In this document: one piece after another, positions 59,471 to 64,000 of the stretch | Layout of the letters: every line of letters starts with the position of its first letter | Numbering within the stretch: the first letter of the stretch is position 1 | Source of the DNA: Hyphochytrium catenoides | Taxonomy: Eukaryota; Protista; Hyphochytriomycota | Assembly: GCA_900088475.1 (NCBI GenBank) | Contig: FLMG01001221.1 | Location: 49,338-113,337, forward strand | Length of the DNA: 64,000 nucleotides | Direction: 5' to 3' | Position numbers and translations under genes: made by a program | The notes under the pieces: generated by a model | Database searches by the model: none | What the model was told of the DNA's origin: nothing | What the model saw: only the letters and a program-made list of their open reading frames with translations

Positions 59471-60995
59471 TCCCCTCCTATCGTCGCCTTTCATTCGCCA
59501 TCGACTGTTTATCAGACCGGTCACCAGGGGTTCCACGATCTTTTACGACGAAGAAGAATTTGCTATGAAACAGATCACGATGATGAAGAATGGGAGTTTG
59601 TTCGCGGACACGACTACTTTCCATAGCAGCGCGGCGGGATCGTAGCGCGGGATCATCGTAGCGCATCTACTACACTGTGCAGCAGAAGAGGAGGAAGGAC
59701 CATGCACCACCAGCAGCCACACAGACACCACCACCACCACCAGAGACAGGACCCAAGATGATTTGTCCGTAGGTGCACCAGCAAGCTTCTCCTCAGCAGT
59801 TATAAAGAGCAAGAGACTGAGATGATGGAGCCGCAGATGACAGTACTTCACGCAATACCAGGCTGCTCGACTATCGGACACTCCAACAGCAGCAGCAGGG
59901 AGGAGCATTCACGCAATACCAAGCTCCTCTCAACAAGAAAGCAGCGCCGCTCCGCCGCCCGTCGGTCGCCAACAGCAGCAGGGACGGAGGAGACGGCAAG
60001 CAGAAAGAAGAGGAGGAGGTGTTACCCTGCTGCTGTCATGGGAAGTGAGGGACACCACCACCAGAAGAGCGTTGAGGGTGTTGGGGGAAACGGGAAACGC
60101 TGTACTAGGCGATAACTGTTGTGATTGATTCATGCTAACTTGTACTACAGTAATCATCTCTGTACGGAGAATCTGGAATAACAAGTCATGTTAGACGAAC
60201 CTGTACGGTATTTTGCTCTTTTATCTGAGATTTAAAGTCTCTGTTTTTAGGCTCCAGGAATCAATAGAGCCTGATGGCCGTTAGCAGTCATATTGAGCGA
60301 TACGGCTTTTGTTCCACTGTCCCATGTGCAGCGGCGGCCAAAGATCGAGAGAGAGAGAAAAGAAGATCTTGCTGGTCACGCACCTTCACTCTTCTTTTTG
60401 TTCCCTCCTCTCGTCATCTCCTCACTCGTCTGTGAGGCAAACCAACGAAGAAGAACAGTAGCCAGCCAGAACCTGCTCCTCCTCGGCTTGACTCCTCTGC
60501 CCTATTATGGCACAAGAGGAGGAGAGAAGAAGGAACAACTGAGGAGAACAAGGAATGGGGAAGAAGAGAGAATGGCAAAAGTGTGTTCCTCCTTGAATTC
60601 TGCCTTATTTGCTGCTGGTTTGTCGACGTTGTTCTTCGTTGAGCTCCCCAGCCAGGTTTCTTGCTCTCAGCAGCAGCCTAACGCATCCCTAGAGAAGCAG
60701 ATCAAGGCACGTTAGGGGCCACCAACTACCCACCAGCTGAGTCTACGATCAGCAGAGCCCATCTTCTTCTGATGATGAGAAGCCTGTTCGCCTCGTCATC
60801 ATAATCATATTTGCATCACCATCAATAGTTCCTGAAGAGAAAGCATACAATCAGCCGCCCACTAATCATACATCTCACCAGTAAAGAGAAGTGGAAGAAG
60901 GAGACCGCCTTTTGTAAGAAACCGGAAGAAGTCATCCTCTTTCTCTCTGAGTTACACATCCTGAGCCTCCCTCCCGTTTATTACCAGCACCAACC

Positions 60996-61733
60996 ATGAC
61001 AATAAGAGACACACCCGTACCTCCTCGCGCAGCGGCTCCTCCATCTGCTGAAGGAACGACCCGAAGTCCTGGTCATTTAGCTCCACCGGAAGACGTGGTT
61101 GTTGCTGGCGGCGAGGGTAGCTGCACAGTGATCGAAAGGGGAATCTCCCCCAGAGCTTACCGAGAAAATACTTCGGGACCAGGAGGCACCGCCGTTGTCG
61201 TTAGACAATCTGACAAGGGATGGTGGGAACACATTATGGACGATGATAACCGAGTGCTCTATCTCTCTGCGGCGGCACTTGCTGTGGCAATTCCCACGCT
61301 GTACTTTGCTCTGCGAAAGAAGGCAGAAGTCTATCAACACTCTGTTACTATCAACACGCCCTCGGCACGCGTTGTCACGTTCTTCACGGATTTAGACAAG
61401 TACTTTGATGCCTTCTCCTCTCCTGACGTGCAGTACACCGTTATGGACCAAACGAGGGTGGGCACTATCACCCGCTTCAAGCTTCGGCATGCGTTGCCTT
61501 CAGGGAAAGAGGTAATCACCCATGGCAAGCGCAAGTATACCAAGCGTGACGATGGGGCCACTGTCTTTGAGGACGATCTCCCCATCGAGGGCTTAAAGGG
61601 CAAAGCTGCTNNNNNNNNNNNNNNNNNNNNNNNNNNNNNNNNNNNNNNNNNNNNNNNNNNNNNNNNNCTCCGAAAGGCGTTCATATGCCACCTGGTTCTC
61701 CTCAAGCTTTTCAACAAAACCCTTGGAGGATAG
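60996..61733 (+). CDS. Membrane-anchored SRPBCC/START-like (polyketide cyclase-type) protein; 3' end uncertain because of a gap
   Basis: TM segment VLYLSAAALAVAIPTLYFAL followed by YQHSVTINTPSARVVTFFTDLDKY..VGTITRF, a typical SRPBCC start. Confidence 0.6.
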   Translation: MTIRDTPVPPRAAAPPSAEGTTRSPGHLAPPEDVVVAGGEGSCTVIERGISPRAYRENTSGPGGTAVVVRQSDKGWWEHIMDDDNRVLYLSAAALAVAIPTLYFALRKKAEVYQHSVTINTPSARVVTFFTDLDKYFDAFSSPDVQYTVMDQTRVGTITRFKLRHALPSGKEVITHGKRKYTKRDDGATVFEDDLPIEGLKGKAAXXXXXXXXXXXXXXXXXXXLRKAFICHLVLLKLFNKTLGG

Positions 61734-63473
61734 GCTGCGGACTATCAGGACAGCAGCAGAAGCCGAGCATGGCGCTTGGTCGTCTGCCAATATTCATTAG
61801 AAGAAGCTAGAGAAAGAGGGCGCATATAGGTATATAGAGATTTGGGCCGGACACCTTGATTAATAGCCATTAATGACCTTAAAATTATAGACAGAAGAAG
61901 AAAGAGGAGAGATCTACTATACATATATATATGAAGACACCTCCAGATCTTATCGTCCCTCTGGCCCCAACAGAGGAGACAACAGTCATATAGCTATCAG
62001 CTATGATAGAACGAGGTAACGTCTGCCGTCGTGTCGGCACTCTTATGTCTCTTGCCGGTTGCCAGCTATGGAGCGAAGTGACACTATGAGCAAACCCGCT
62101 GGAGAGAAGCTTAATTCTCCAGTATAGGTAAACGACAGGAGAAGACTTGGCGATCAGAAAGGGTGGTGCAGTAGTTGCGTCTGGTAGGACGATGGAAGAA
62201 GGCACTTCTTCTGACTGGGCACCATCACTAGGGAGGATGGCAGTAGAGGTTAGCTTTTATTTCCAGGACAAACTTTTCCTTACGGACAGAACAGCAAGAG
62301 ATAAAAGAACCTGGCTGTCATCACCTTGAGCTTCAGCACCATGGCCCACCAGCAGTATGAAGATGTGATATTCATTTCTATCTTCTTCTCGTCTGGCTTC
62401 TTTCTCTAGGTGGCACTACACATCACGGCACCGTATTTATGCCTTGCGTGTACGACGCTGGAGCATCGACAGACCACAATGATTGGTCTCTATGGTTTGA
62501 AGTCAGCGTGACGCGATGATGGCTCTGATCCCACGCTGCCTGGTTCACGCTGCCTGGTTGGATGGTCGAAGACTGACATGGATTGGCAAGTTTCCACTTC
62601 ATCATCGCAAGTGCCAGCAATAGCTCGTCATCGGCCCGACAGCTTGCATCTTAGTCGCAGCGCTGCATTTTAACCATTGGCCATCAACACTCACCTTGCA
62701 GCGGTAGCATGACTAGACAGCCCATCAGCAATAAGTTCAGACAGTGTCATCTCATCAAATTCCGCATGTGTGTCATCCCCTTGCGTGTCAGCAGCACTGA
62801 GCTCTTCGATCCACAACAGTGCTGCTACTCCTTTACCAGACGCCCGGTAGCACAACGAGCCTACAGCCCATACCCTGCAAAGCTAGATACTGTCACTAGC
62901 CTTACCATCGGCTCCTCTATGAGCCACATAGCCTAATAATTGTGTCAAAGTCTAGACCGGTTGATGAAGTCTGTAGGCATCAAAAAGTTGGCTGCTACTG
63001 AGCTAAGGAGGACACATATGTTTGCATCCGCATGTCAGGTTGAAGAAGGGAGAAGAACAAGACGGACCAGAGACTGCACCGTATTGCGAGAGAGAAGCCG
63101 GGACGCAAACTACCGTATATCATCTTCTCCTGAGTCGACGCGCACTTGCTTCCAACGGACGCTTGAGAGACCAGCAAACATTAGCTGTTGGAGCTCTAGG
63201 ACTAGGCACTGCCTCAGTAAGATTAAGAAGGATTGGTCGTGGATGGTGCAGCAGCAGCACCTGGTGGACCTTGCGATGACGGAGTGCAAGTCTTCACCGC
63301 ATTTCTAACTCCTCTTCAGCAGCACCAACAGTGACATCTCGGTGATTCAACCTAGAGCACTCGCCTCTAATGATGTCTGCGACGAGAAACTCCAACTAGC
63401 CTTTTGAGACGCGTCCGTGGTCTCCGGGTGATGATGCTGCATCACGTGCTGCTTGTAGCTCGGACCCAGCTGG

Positions 63474-63475
<2 letters not shown>

Positions 63476-63504
<29 letters not shown>

Positions 63505-63541
63505 NNNNNNNNNNNNNNCTCTCTCTCTCTCTCTCTCTCTC
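63476..63541. repeat. (CT)n microsatellite with gap
   Basis: Direct CT run around Ns. Confidence 0.95.
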
Positions 63542-63613
63542 CCTCCAGGTGTGGCTTGTCCTTTCCGTTCTCCTCACTTTCCATGTCTGACTCTTGCCCT
63601 CTGCCTCTTCCAG

Positions 63614-63860
63614 GGACGCATTGGCTGTGCAAATGTCCTTTCAGACCTCTACGCGATGGGAATCCATAGCGTAGACACAATGCTGATGACACTTGGAGTA
63701 AGTAGAGATATGGGACCAGAGGAACGAGACAGAGCGACTGCTATGATGATCAAGGGCTTCAATGACGCTGCACGAGATGCGGAAACGAACGTGACGGGAG
63801 GACAGACGGTGATGAATCCTTGGCCTATTATTGGTGGAGTGGCTATGAGTGTGAGGAAAG
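63614..63860 (+). CDS. SEPHS: Selenophosphate synthetase (selenide, water dikinase), internal exon; gene is partial
   Basis: ttccag|[59 protein letters not shown]|gtaag. The 5' exons are not visible upstream of the gap, and the gene runs off the window. Confidence 0.9.
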
Positions 63861-64000
63861 GTAAGCTCTTAGAAAGATGCCTTACTTTCCTCGCTCTCTC
63901 TCTCTCTCCCTCTCTCTCCCTCTCTCTTCTGAGCTTATCCCGTTAAATTTTCTATTATCTACTCATTAGATGAGGAAATAATACGGCCAGTTCACGCCGT

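Noticed and set aside
59471-59626. 146-aa ORF 59186..59626 as a functional RNR gene
   Set aside because: RNR similarity stops at 59470, before the catalytic cysteine. The rest is read-through into unrelated host-like sequence.
59847-59930. Direct repeat ttcacgcaatacca about 60 bp apart, near the viral fragment
   Set aside because: Only two copies and they do not flank the foreign DNA, so there is no evidence of a repeat-spacer array.
61885-62205. IADSYMTVVS resembling the nucleotide cyclase IGDAYMVV motif
   Set aside because: Single degenerate motif with no supporting cyclase sequence.
62940-63308. Tyrosine-recombinase-like (KSVGIKKL..ELRRT) or LINE C-terminal-like (TTVYHLLL) relic
   Set aside because: The short motifs lie in different frames and suggest incompatible origins. 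No other catalytic motifs are present.

Overview
Draft-assembly eukaryotic (protist-like) genomic DNA. It is roughly 50% GC, with GT-AG introns carrying CTRAC-type branch points, long (CT)n/(AG)n microsatellites and several N gaps. I reconstructed about 17 genes or gene fragments by hand: a GPI-type GH18 chitinase, a myristoylated coiled-coil/TIR/SAM protein, an MFSD1-like transporter, a RUN-RhoGAP-ELMO-SH3b scaffold whose two GAP arginines are both Gln, ASCC2, two divergent trypsins with different intron content plus a pseudo-exon copy, a 186-aa stand-alone cullin N-terminal repeat, two class-3 lipases, two members (three units) of an unrecognised multi-pass membrane family, a 7TM-RGS, an SRPBCC/START-like protein and one exon of selenophosphate synthetase. 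Mobile and foreign DNA comprises a 484-bp solo LTR (5-bp TSD, with its empty site visible in a paralogous block), a 184-bp TA-flanked MITE, and a sharply bounded, stop-free 351-bp, ~29% GC fragment of a ribonucleotide reductase large subunit that looks like recently captured giant-virus DNA. The organism cannot be identified from the sequence alone. All homology calls are by-eye motif recognition, not database searches.
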